Shown here: positions 9,360-17,094 of the stretch, piece by piece | Layout of the letters: each line of letters begins with the position of its first letter | Position numbering within the stretch: position 1 is the stretch's first letter | Assembly: GCA_028285595.1 (NCBI GenBank) | Contig: JANQOW010000016.1 | Span: 4,956 to 68,955, forward strand | Direction of reading: 5' to 3' | From: Hyphomicrobiales bacterium | GTDB lineage: Bacteria > Pseudomonadota > Alphaproteobacteria > Rhizobiales > CAJQND01 | Length of the DNA: 64,000 bases | Translations under genes and position numbers: made by a program | Notes under the pieces: model-generated | Told to the model about the DNA's origin: nothing | Databases searched by the model: none | The model's input: the letters and a program-made list of their open reading frames with translations, nothing else

Positions 9360-9923
9360 ATGCGACCAACAAAGCGAGATGAACTGGTTCAGAAGGCGCT
9401 GAAGGTGTTCTACCAGAACGGCTTTAACGCCACCGGCATGGACAAGCTCGTTGCCAAGACCGGCATTTCGAAAACGTCGATGTATAAGCACTTCCGAACC
9501 AAGGACGATCTCATCATTGCAGTGCTGCGCTTGCGGGACGAGCACTTTCGCAATTGGCTTTATCGGCGGATGGAAGAGCTGGGCGAAACGCCGGAAGAAC
9601 AGTTGATCGCGATGTTCGACGCGCTCGAAGAATGGTTCGCTGAGGCGGGCTACAAAGGCTGCATGTTCATCAAGGCCTCATCGGAGTTTCAGGACGCCAG
9701 TCATCCCATTCATAAGCAGTCGGCTGATCACAAACGTATGCTTGAGACTCATATGATCGGATTGGCTGAGAAGGCTGAACTTGCAAACCCTGAAGTCCTT
9801 GCTCGACAGCTGCTGTTGCTGAAAGAAGGCGCCATTGTCACAGCGCATTTGGGCCACACCGATAATCCTGCGCAGGATGCAAAGCTCGCTGCGGCACAAC
9901 TATTGGACATGCACCGGCAATAG
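9360..9923 (+). CDS. TetR/AcrR-family transcriptional regulator
   Basis: N-terminal HTH (ELVQKALKVFYQNGFNATGMDKLVAKTGISKTSMYKHFRTKDDL). AAGGA upstream. Confidence 0.9.
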   Translation: MRPTKRDELVQKALKVFYQNGFNATGMDKLVAKTGISKTSMYKHFRTKDDLIIAVLRLRDEHFRNWLYRRMEELGETPEEQLIAMFDALEEWFAEAGYKGCMFIKASSEFQDASHPIHKQSADHKRMLETHMIGLAEKAELANPEVLARQLLLLKEGAIVTAHLGHTDNPAQDAKLAAAQLLDMHRQ

Positions 9924-10140
9924 ATACTCTTGTGCACCGTGAAGTGTCGTTCCCATCTTGCTGCCCGCAATAGTGAGGCGCTGGCTGAGCGGGCGATTTC
10001 GCGGCAAGGCATATGGACCGCCAGAACGATGCCGAAGTCCAGGTCGTGCAACGGTTCCATAGTGACCCTTGACCTTAAGGCCGGGCCCCGATAGGCAAGG
10101 GGAGCTCAGCGTTGCGAACAACCGTTAGCCTCGATTTTCC

Positions 10141-11013
10141 ATGACTCTTACCCGCATGACACCGGCCTCAGAGCTGGCCGAGACCTACGCCGGTTGGCTC
10201 TGCGATGTGTGGGGCGTGCTGCACAATGGAGAGGCGGCGTTTCCAGCCGCCGTGGACGCTCTGTGTCGCTACAGGGCCGGCGGGGGGCGGGTGATCTTGA
10301 TCACCAACGCGCCACGCCAATCGTCTGAGGTGCTGCCCCAACTCGCTCAACTGGGCGTGCCGGACGACGCCTTCGACATGACCGTCACCTCCGGCGATGT
10401 CACCCGCAAGCTGGTGGAGGCGCGGCCCGACGCACCGCTCTATCATCTGGGCCCGGCCCGCGACTACGCCATGCTGCGCGGTCTGAGCAATCCCATTGTC
10501 GGGCTTGAAGACGCAGAGGTGTGCCTGCTCACCGGAGCGGTCCATGACGAGACCGAAACCGCTGAAGACTATGACGGCCAGCTTGCCACCATGCTCGCCA
10601 ACAAGGTCCCCATCATCTGCGCCAACCCTGATCTGGTGGTGCGCCGCGGCGACCGGCTGGTGATCTGCTCCGGCGCCATCGCCCAGCGCTATGACGAGAT
10701 GGGCGGTGAGGTGGTGATCGCCGGCAAGCCCCGCGCGCCCATTTACGAGGCGGCCATGACTGAGATGAGCCGCCTCCTGGGCCGCCCGGTCAACAAGAGC
10801 GAACTGCTGGCGGTGGGCGATGGCCTGCCCACAGACGTGCGCGGCGGGGCCGATAACGGCTTTGATGTTTACTTTCTCACCGCCGGCATCCATGAAAAAG
10901 AGCTCGGCCCCATGAGCGGGCCGGAGGGGCCGGCCAAAGTCTCCCAAAAGGTGGAAGAACAGTTTCCCGGCATCTCGCTGGCGGGTATATGTGACGAACT
11001 CAGATGGACCTGA
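10141..11013 (+). CDS. HAD-superfamily class IIA hydrolase (TIGR01459-like)
   Basis: 290-aa ORF. WLCDVWGVLHNG (DxWGV motif I), ITNAPR, and the late GDGLPTDVRG motif. Confidence 0.8.
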   Translation: MTLTRMTPASELAETYAGWLCDVWGVLHNGEAAFPAAVDALCRYRAGGGRVILITNAPRQSSEVLPQLAQLGVPDDAFDMTVTSGDVTRKLVEARPDAPLYHLGPARDYAMLRGLSNPIVGLEDAEVCLLTGAVHDETETAEDYDGQLATMLANKVPIICANPDLVVRRGDRLVICSGAIAQRYDEMGGEVVIAGKPRAPIYEAAMTEMSRLLGRPVNKSELLAVGDGLPTDVRGGADNGFDVYFLTAGIHEKELGPMSGPEGPAKVSQKVEEQFPGISLAGICDELRWT

Positions 11014-11041
11014 GGGGACGAAACAGAGGGCGACGACGGGC

Positions 11042-11476
11042 ATGAGTGCGCAGAGCTATTTTATCGAAGACCTTTCCACGGGCATGCAGGCCACCTCGTC
11101 ACGCGTGGCGAGCCGGAAAGATATCGACATTTTCGCCGAGGTGAGCGGCGACAGCAACCCGCTGCACCTGGACGAGGCCTATGCGGCCACCACCATGTTC
11201 AACGGTTGCATCGCGCACGGCATGCTGTCGGCCAGCTATATCTCCAAAGTTCTGGGCACGCAGCTCCCCGGTCCGGGCGCGATCTATTTATCCCAGAGCC
11301 TGAAGTTCAAGGCGCCCGTGCGCCCTGGCGATCAGGTGGATACCCAGGTTGAAGTCACCGGCCTGGATGAAGGCCGCCGGCGGGTCACGCTGCATTGCGA
11401 GTGCCGGGTGGGGGAAACCGTTGTCTTGTCCGGCGAAGCTCAGCTTCTGGTGCCGGCCCGACCGGCAGAAGGCTGA
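11042..11476 (+). CDS. MaoC-family (R)-specific enoyl-CoA hydratase/dehydratase
   Basis: Hot-dog fold signature FAEVSGDSNPLHLDEAYA...GCIAHGML. Start placed at MSAQSYF. Confidence 0.85.
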   Translation: MSAQSYFIEDLSTGMQATSSRVASRKDIDIFAEVSGDSNPLHLDEAYAATTMFNGCIAHGMLSASYISKVLGTQLPGPGAIYLSQSLKFKAPVRPGDQVDTQVEVTGLDEGRRRVTLHCECRVGETVVLSGEAQLLVPARPAEG

Positions 11477-11485
11477 ACGGCGCCC

Positions 11486-12484
11486 ATGCCCCTGATCGTC
11501 GGCAATGGCCCTGTGGCCGATGAGTTCCGCGGCGGCGTCATTGCCGTGGGCAATTTCGACGGCATGCATCGGGGCCATCAAAAGGTGCTCGAGCTGGCGG
11601 GGGCCAAAGCCAAGGCTCTTGGGGCGCCGCTCGGGGTGATGACGTTTGAGCCTCACCCCCGCACATTCTTCCGTCCGGACCAGCCGCTCTTCCGCCTCAC
11701 CCCCTTGGACTTGAAGGCGGACCTTATGCATGCGGCAGGCGCCGATTATGTGTTTGCGCTGGACTTCAACGCCGAGCTTGCCGGCCTGCCGGCCGAAGCA
11801 TTCATCAGCCGCGAGCTGCACGAGCGCCTGGGCGCGCGCCATGTGGTGACCGGGTATGACTTTCATTTCGGCAAAGGGCGCAAAGGCTCCCCCGACCTGA
11901 TTGCCGCCATGGGCGCCGATCTTGGGTTCAGCTCCACAGTCGTCGAACAGGTGACCGACGATGATGGACTGGCGCCCTTTTCCTCCTCCTCCATCCGCGA
12001 AGCCCTGCGCCGGGGCGAGGTGAGGGGGGCAGCAGAGCAGCTTGGCTACTGGTGGACGGTGCGCGGCAAGGTGGTCAAAGGCGATCAACGCGGCCGCACC
12101 ATCGGCTTTCCCACGGTGAACATTGAGATGGTGAACGACGGCCACCCGGCGCGCGGAATCTATGCCTGCCGTGTGCGCTGTGTGGAGACGGGCGAGAGCT
12201 GGCGCGGGGCGGGATATGTGGGCGAGCGGCCCACCTTCGACCGCAAGGGCGTGGTTTTGGAGGTCTACCTTCTGGACTTTGAGGGCGATCTTTATGGCCG
12301 CACCTTAAGCGTCCAGTTCAACAGCTATATCCGGCCTGACCACCGTTATGAGGGGGTCGATGCTCTGGTGGCGCAAATGACGGCCGATTGCGAGGACATT
12401 GCACGGCAACTTGCGGCGTTGGAGCGCGAAGATCCCATCGCCGCCCACCGGCTGGGCCAGGCCCAGCGGGCGGGGACTGTTTAG
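11486..12484 (+). CDS. ribF: Bifunctional riboflavin kinase / FAD synthetase
   Basis: 332 aa. GNFDGMHRGHQ nucleotidyltransferase motif and C-terminal kinase motifs (GRTIGFPTVN, GERPTF). Confidence 0.95.
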   Translation: MPLIVGNGPVADEFRGGVIAVGNFDGMHRGHQKVLELAGAKAKALGAPLGVMTFEPHPRTFFRPDQPLFRLTPLDLKADLMHAAGADYVFALDFNAELAGLPAEAFISRELHERLGARHVVTGYDFHFGKGRKGSPDLIAAMGADLGFSSTVVEQVTDDDGLAPFSSSSIREALRRGEVRGAAEQLGYWWTVRGKVVKGDQRGRTIGFPTVNIEMVNDGHPARGIYACRVRCVETGESWRGAGYVGERPTFDRKGVVLEVYLLDFEGDLYGRTLSVQFNSYIRPDHRYEGVDALVAQMTADCEDIARQLAALEREDPIAAHRLGQAQRAGTV

Positions 12485-12490
12485 CACGCC

Positions 12491-12571
12491 GTCATCCCGG
12501 AATTTGCGTGGAGGGCGACCTGATGGTTTGGTTTTTCGTCATCCCGGAATTTGCGCGAGCAAATATCCGGG
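12491..12571. repeat. Two copies of GTCATCCCGGAATTTGCG (REP-like intergenic element), the second forming a hairpin
   Basis: Identical 18-mers at 12491-12508 and 12538-12555. The second extends into CCCGGAATTTGCGCGAGCAAATATCCGGG. Confidence 0.6.
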
Positions 12572-12609
12572 ACCCATGGGCGGCAACCTTCAAAGCCAAT
12601 TGCTCTAGA

Positions 12610-12627
12610 TCCCCGCTTTCGCGGGGA
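12610..12627. repeat. REP-like palindrome TCCCCGCTTTCGCGGGGA
   Basis: 7-bp stem with a 4-nt loop. Same family as 15044-15061 and 20065-20092. Confidence 0.6.
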
Positions 12628-12631
12628 AGAC

Positions 12632-12696
12632 GGGGGGTGTGGGGATGACGGGGGGTGCGGGGATGACGGAGTGTGCGGAAATGAGTGTGTGGGAGG
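12632..12696. repeat. 18-bp tandem repeat, ~3.5 units
   Basis: Units are GGGGGGTGTGGGGATGAC, GGGGGGTGCGGGGATGAC, GGAGTGTGCGGAAATGAG and a partial TGTGTGGGAGG. They degenerate progressively toward the right. Confidence 0.7.
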
Positions 12697-12710
12697 CAAA
12701 CTCAACCACT

Positions 12711-12794
12711 AAGGCCAAATAGCCCGAATTTCGTTCTACAATCAGCGGTTTACGCGAAAATGGGTTCGTTCGGATACACCACCATTTTGTGGCG
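12711..12794. repeat. ~85-bp direct repeat, copy A
   Basis: AAGGCCAAATAGCCCGAAT...TTACGCGAAAATGGGTTCGTT...TTTTGTGGCG aligns without gaps to copy B. I estimate roughly three-quarters of positions are identical. Confidence 0.7.
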
Positions 12795-12836
12795 AAGATG
12801 ACAGCCGGAGGACGCCCGTAAGCAAAGTCACACATC

Positions 12837-12921
12837 AAGGCCAAATAGACCGAATCTCAACGGAGAATCAGGGGCTTACGCGAAATTGGGTTCGTTTCGC
12901 AGAGTTGCACTTTTGGTGGCG
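12837..12921. repeat. ~85-bp direct repeat, copy B
   Basis: AAGGCCAAATAGACCGAAT...TTACGCGAAATTGGGTTCGTTTCGC...TTTTGGTGGCG, 126 bp downstream of copy A. Contains the hairpin GCGAAA-N9-TTTCGC. Confidence 0.7.
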
Positions 12922-13019
12922 GTTGAGCGAACTGTGAATGAAATTCAGTAAACCATAAAGTGGCAGAACGATCAAAAAAACAAACGAGTTCAATTGTCTC
13001 CGAGGGATGTTGTAGCGAG

Positions 13020-13826
13020 TCACTCAGATGGTGATCCTGGTGCGATCCTGTAACCTTCAGCGTTTTCGCGCTCGGACCGTCTATAACTTGCTGGCCATTC
13101 ATCCCAAGTTCTCCCCTGGAGCAATCGACCAGTTTTCTTCTTGTTCTTACCGCCCCATTGTTTGAAATGAAACGCCACATTCGCAGAAACACATTGATCT
13201 CGGATGGACAACACCCAATCCTTTTCCATTGGCCGTGCTCCTGGACCGCTTTCTCCACCTGCAATCGCCCAATCGATGCCATCAAGGTTCAGATCTTCAA
13301 GGGGGCCAAGTAAGGGCTCCAAACTGAGAAACTTGGTCACTGCATTTGAGCGTCGCAGGTGATCAATGCGGTAGGCGTAATCTGCGTTTTCCACGCTCAC
13401 ACCCATCCAGATGTTGGGTTGCCAATTCAATAGCTTCGAGAGATCCTCCAGACGTTCGGCTCTTTTGGTAAGCACCTGATAGGTGTGCTGGGGTGTGTCC
13501 ACCATCGTGCTGAAAATGCGTTGTATGAATTCAAGCGGCACGTCCTCATGGAACAGATCAGACATACTGTTCACGAAGATAAGTCGACCGGACTTCCAAC
13601 TGTATGGCGACTGTAATGCGTGCTCATCGAGGTGTATTCGGCCACTCCATTTTGGCCGGCCTCCTGACTTCCTTGTCGTGCCACGATACTTTTTTGTTCC
13701 CATTGATGCCAATCGAGAGGCAAACCTCATTGCATAGCAGTTTGTGCAACCAGGCGACAAAACGGTACATCCTGCCACCGGGTTCCAAGTGGCCTCTGTC
13801 CACTCGATGTTTGAAGATCCCGCCAT
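13020..13826 (-). CDS. Three-Cys-motif protein of the phage Gp37/Gp68 family (PF07505 / DUF5131)
   Basis: 268 aa. C20-x6-C27-x2-C30 (NPVAGCTVLSPGCTNCYA). Conserved blocks FVNSMSDLFHE, LSLEPLLGPL, WAIAGGESGPGARP and FHFKQWGG. The ATG lies 1 nt after the stop of the upstream gene. Confidence 0.88.
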   Translation of the reverse strand: MAGSSNIEWTEATWNPVAGCTVLSPGCTNCYAMRFASRLASMGTKKYRGTTRKSGGRPKWSGRIHLDEHALQSPYSWKSGRLIFVNSMSDLFHEDVPLEFIQRIFSTMVDTPQHTYQVLTKRAERLEDLSKLLNWQPNIWMGVSVENADYAYRIDHLRRSNAVTKFLSLEPLLGPLEDLNLDGIDWAIAGGESGPGARPMEKDWVLSIRDQCVSANVAFHFKQWGGKNKKKTGRLLQGRTWDEWPASYRRSERENAEGYRIAPGSPSE

Positions 13827-13827
13827 T

Positions 13828-14727
13828 TTAGCTTCTTACCATCAAATGAGACGCTAGCTTTCTGGCGAGGGTTGATGCCGCTGGGCTAGGATTTCCACAC
13901 GCAAACAACAGTGAATACCAATGTCTACCCATCGGCCCAAGAGGTAGCCAAGAATCCAGAACGCCTCCTTGAAACTCGCTTTTCATCCGCGTGATCATAT
14001 ATCGAGTGATTTCGTCGATACTTACCTGTTTTGAGCTTTTTGGTGTGATCTCACCAAACAGATCTTCTTGTTGCTCCGTCGCAATCCACTCTGAACGCCA
14101 GTCTTTCGTACCCAATATCCGCTCTATCGAAGCCAACTGCTCTGGACGCATCTTGCCATCATCGCTGATTTGTCGATAGACGCACGGGAACGACGGGAAT
14201 AGGTACCATAAATCAATCGCTCTGGTTCGGGCGATTTCACACACAGTGCTCCACCCTGCTTGACTTCCATATGGATCAAGGAACACCACCGCCCTCGAGT
14301 TCCGCCAGTCAACACTTCTACAAAACTTCACGAGTTCGTCGTTGGCGTCGCCATGTCGAATCGAGATTCGGTCAGAAAGACCAGTGAAGTCATCCTTCAG
14401 CCTGCTCAAACTGTCCACTTTCCTCCGACTCGATTCGACAAATACATACTGATCAAAAGGACTCTGAATCTGAAGTGCACGTTTTGCCGACCCATCAATA
14501 ATTGGCTCCAGATCTTCAACGTCAGCAAGCAGATTATCTTGGTCAGATTCTCTGCCGGACGCTCCTATATCCACAGAGCCGGTTCCAGCAAACGCATCAA
14601 AGTAAACGAGCCTGAATTTCTGCCGTGACAATGCAGTCGTGTACATCCCCAGATAATCGACGATCAAGTCGAGTTTGGTCTTTGTGTGCACACTGCCGAA
14701 TTTTTGATCGGTCACAATTACCCCCAA
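13828..14727 (-). CDS. tcmP: Three-Cys-motif partner protein TcmP-like (TIGR04474-like; SAM-methyltransferase-like fold)
   Basis: 299-aa ORF from TTG 14727. GTG 14715 with GGGGGT upstream is an alternative start. N-terminal HTKTKLDLIVDYL, motif-I-like YFDAFAGTGS and motif-IV-like VFLDPYG. Family assignment is from memory. Confidence 0.8.
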   Translation of the reverse strand: MGVIVTDQKFGSVHTKTKLDLIVDYLGMYTTALSRQKFRLVYFDAFAGTGSVDIGASGRESDQDNLLADVEDLEPIIDGSAKRALQIQSPFDQYVFVESSRRKVDSLSRLKDDFTGLSDRISIRHGDANDELVKFCRSVDWRNSRAVVFLDPYGSQAGWSTVCEIARTRAIDLWYLFPSFPCVYRQISDDGKMRPEQLASIERILGTKDWRSEWIATEQQEDLFGEITPKSSKQVSIDEITRYMITRMKSEFQGGVLDSWLPLGPMGRHWYSLLFACGNPSPAASTLARKLASHLMVRS

Positions 14728-14742
14728 ACCTCACAAAGAACA

Positions 14743-14770
14743 AAATTAGAACGATTCTGCGAAAAGTCAA
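14743..14770 (-). promoter_or_regulatory. Candidate sigma70-type promoter of the tcmP-gp37/68 pair
   Basis: On the minus strand: TTGACT (14770-14765), a 16-nt spacer, then TAATTT (14748-14743). This lies about 16-28 nt upstream of the candidate start codons. Confidence 0.35.
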
Positions 14771-15043
14771 GGATTTTCTGAGTTTTCTATGGCTTGACGC
14801 AGCATAACAATCGACATTCAAGCATGAGCGCTATACGTCGATTTTGCTCCTTTTGAGCAATACGATAAGACTCAGACTTGCCCACAGATGCTGATAAAAC
14901 CGGTGGCTCCGCTTGGCTCGCCTGGGCTCAGGCGCCCATGCGCTCTTGGCCCCCCGGGAGCGCGGGGGAGCTGCCGGTCCGTTCAGCCGCGCCCCTGCGA
15001 CAGCAGGGGTCCATGGCTCACGCCTTTCATTTGGCTAAGAAGG

Positions 15044-15061
15044 TCCCTGCTTTCGCAGGGA
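15044..15061. repeat. REP-like palindrome TCCCTGCTTTCGCAGGGA (also a likely terminator hairpin for the araC-family gene)
   Basis: 7-bp stem with a 4-nt loop, 16 nt downstream of the minus-strand stop at 15077. Same family as 12610-12627. Confidence 0.5.
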
Positions 15062-15076
15062 TGCAGGAACGAACGG

Positions 15077-16102
15077 CTAAAGACGAGGTTCTTCAGCGCT
15101 CTTCCGGGAACACGGAAAGCGCAGCGTATCGGAGGGCTTCTCGTCGAAACGCTCCTGATAAAGCCGCGCAAAGCGGCCCACATTGGTGAAGCCCCATTTC
15201 AGGGCGCAGGCCGTTACCGATCCGGCCGCCTGTTGAAGATCCTGGCGCGCCCGTTCAAGACGGAGGTCGCGCAGAACCTCCATGGGCGTTGCCTGGCGAA
15301 ACTGGCGAAAGCCCGAATGCAAAGCGCGTTCGCTACATCGGGCCTCCTGCGCCAGCATCTTGACGGTGAGTGGCTGGTCCGCATGGGCCCGCATGAGCTC
15401 CTCGGCCCGTCTCACCTGCTTCGGGATAGCCGTGTCCACAGCTTTGGTGCCCTGCGGGCGATAGTTATGGGCCAAATCTCCGAGAATGATGGAAAGGGCA
15501 TGTTCGCGGATACTGGCCGCCACAACCGGGGAGCTCAGCACGTCAGGGGTCTCGGTGAACATCACCTTCAGATAGTTGATAAGGCACAAAAGGGGCGATG
15601 CCCCGGGGTTATTCAGATCAAGCAGCGGCTCAAACCGCAGCGGATCGTTCAGCTCCCGGCCATAGAAGGTTTGCGCGCGCGCCTGCAGAAGGGCGTGGGG
15701 CACAGAGAAGTTGAGCACCGTGTTGTGGTCGTTGCAGAGCGTCTGCGTGCCCGGCGACCAGCCAAACACCCGCGCCTGCGAAGGCCCCGGGCGGATGGGC
15801 CCGTAGAACGGATCAAGGGTTTCCGCATACCCTTCCAAAGAAACGCTGATGCAAAATCTGTTGTGATCTTCCAGGGCCGTGCCCACCATGGGCGCCCCCC
15901 AGTTCACCAGATTGAGCGTGAGATCCGCGCTTGCGCAGGTTGCGAACTCGGCTTGACTGCCGCGGCGGCGAGCCCCTTTGGCTTCTGCACGGTACGGCCC
16001 CAGCTTCTTTGAAATGCTGTCGCCCACCCTCTCAATCGAGCCGGCATGGCGCACGCCATAGCGCTGGCGAAAATCTTCATATGATTTCAAAGCAGGTATC
16101 AT
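15077..16102 (-). CDS. AraC-family transcriptional regulator
   Basis: 341 aa. C-terminal double HTH (LTVKMLAQEARCSERALHSGFRQFRQATPMEVLRDLRLERARQDL...ACALKWGFTNVGRFARLYQERF). The antisense 374-aa ORF is rejected. Confidence 0.9.
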   Translation of the reverse strand: MIPALKSYEDFRQRYGVRHAGSIERVGDSISKKLGPYRAEAKGARRRGSQAEFATCASADLTLNLVNWGAPMVGTALEDHNRFCISVSLEGYAETLDPFYGPIRPGPSQARVFGWSPGTQTLCNDHNTVLNFSVPHALLQARAQTFYGRELNDPLRFEPLLDLNNPGASPLLCLINYLKVMFTETPDVLSSPVVAASIREHALSIILGDLAHNYRPQGTKAVDTAIPKQVRRAEELMRAHADQPLTVKMLAQEARCSERALHSGFRQFRQATPMEVLRDLRLERARQDLQQAAGSVTACALKWGFTNVGRFARLYQERFDEKPSDTLRFPCSRKSAEEPRL

Positions 16103-16247
16103 TGGTTGAAGACCCGTCTTTTACACCAAAATGATAAATCCCATAATTGTGATTCGCGAAAAGTTAAGTTTTTGACAACCCGCCGCCCCCGCCACCCCGG
16201 CGCTGCTGCATTGCACGCGCCAGACCAGTTGCCTAAACTACCCCCAA

Positions 16248-16943
16248 ATGGGCAACATCACGGATATCCCCCTCTTCGCCGGGCTTGGCGAAGAGAGCTG
16301 CCGCCGCTACGCCGGGTCCCTCACCTGGCGCACCTATGGGGAGAACGAACTCGTCGTGGACATCGACGACCAATCCGACGACGTGCTCTTCGTCATCTCC
16401 GGCAAGGTGCGCATTGTCCACCGGGCCGAGATCGGCAAGGAGGTGATCATCGGCGACCGTGGCCCCGGCGGCTATTTCGGTGAGATGGCCGCCATAGACG
16501 GGCTCGCCCGCTCCGCTAACGTGACGGCCCTGCAAACCTCGCAAATCGCCACCATGCCCGCCGGTCCCTTCCTGGACCTGCTGACCCATGAGCCGGACGT
16601 GTGCAAAACCGTGCTGCGCGGTCTGGTGGGCGGCATGCGCTCGCTCACGCGCAAGCTCTCCGAACACGCCTACCTCACCGCTGTGGAGCGGCTCAACTGC
16701 GAGCTTCTGCGTCTCTCGCGCCCGCGTCCCGGCCATGAGATCCAGCGCAGTATATCGCCCCCGCCCACCCAGCAGGAGCTTGCCGAGCGCATCGGATCGC
16801 GCCGCGAGGTGGTCTCCCGCGCCATGGCGGCTCTGGAAAAAGACGGGCTGATTGAAAAGACCCGCGGCGCGCTTGTGCTGCCCGACCCGGGCGAGCTTAA
16901 CCGGCTGATCTCCGAAAAAGGATTGTCCGTCAATCTGGATTAG
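16248..16943 (+). CDS. CRP-like cyclic-nucleotide-binding transcriptional regulator
   Basis: 231 aa. cNMP pocket FGEMAAIDGLARSANV (RSA motif). The HTH TQQELAERIGSRREVVSRAMAALEKDGLI aligns without gaps to E. coli CRP [29 protein letters not shown], keeping R180/E181/R185. Confidence 0.9.
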   Translation: MGNITDIPLFAGLGEESCRRYAGSLTWRTYGENELVVDIDDQSDDVLFVISGKVRIVHRAEIGKEVIIGDRGPGGYFGEMAAIDGLARSANVTALQTSQIATMPAGPFLDLLTHEPDVCKTVLRGLVGGMRSLTRKLSEHAYLTAVERLNCELLRLSRPRPGHEIQRSISPPPTQQELAERIGSRREVVSRAMAALEKDGLIEKTRGALVLPDPGELNRLISEKGLSVNLD

Positions 16944-16995
16944 CCGGCGCCTCGGAAATAGATAACCTTCTGTTTTAATGAGATAATACACGCGG

Positions 16996-17011
16996 TGTGA
17001 CGGATTACACA
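16996..17011. promoter_or_regulatory. CRP-type box TGTGA-CGGATT-ACACA upstream of RTX gene 1
   Basis: 9/10 match to TGTGA-N6-TCACA. The centre is 29.5 nt from the first base of the -10-like TAGCTT (17033-17038), which is class-II geometry. It lies 84 nt upstream of the ATG. Confidence 0.5.
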
Positions 17012-17051
17012 TCGCCGTCCCGCCCCCGTCTCTAGCTTGCCCTCACAACAG

Positions 17052-17068
17052 CGGAGGGCGGTCCTCCG
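17052..17068 (+). promoter_or_regulatory. Conserved leader hairpin CGGAGG-GCGGT-CCTCCG (RTX gene 1)
   Basis: 6-bp GC-rich stem. The same 23-nt block (CGGAGGGCGGTCCTCCGGGGACA) is found at 18390-18412. Confidence 0.4.
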
Positions 17069-17094
17069 GGGACACGAAGAGAGGGATTGGGACA

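Noticed and set aside
12632-12696. Possible CRISPR array
   Set aside because: The 18-bp units are directly abutting with no spacers, they degenerate progressively, and there are no cas genes. This is a simple tandem repeat.
12481-12705. 74-aa minus-strand ORF (…PHPPSSPHPPSSP…) between ribF and the islet
   Set aside because: It is the translation of the 18-bp tandem repeats and REP-like palindromes. It has no RBS and no protein-like composition.
12711-12921. tRNA fragment or att site suggested by GGGTTCGTT (T-loop-like) inside the 85-bp repeats
   Set aside because: I could not fold an acceptor stem, anticodon arm or CCA-proximal structure around it. Both copies lie on the same side of the islet, so they are not flanking att repeats.
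12700-14880. Calling the G+C-poor islet a mobile element
   Set aside because: No integrase, transposase, terminal inverted repeats or target-site duplication could be identified. Only compositional and contextual evidence exists, so it is reported as a finding, not as a mobile_element feature.
14888-16012. 374-aa plus-strand ORF
   Set aside because: It is antisense shadow of the AraC-family gene, which has clear HTH motifs. The plus-frame product is Arg/Gly/Pro-rich with no motifs.
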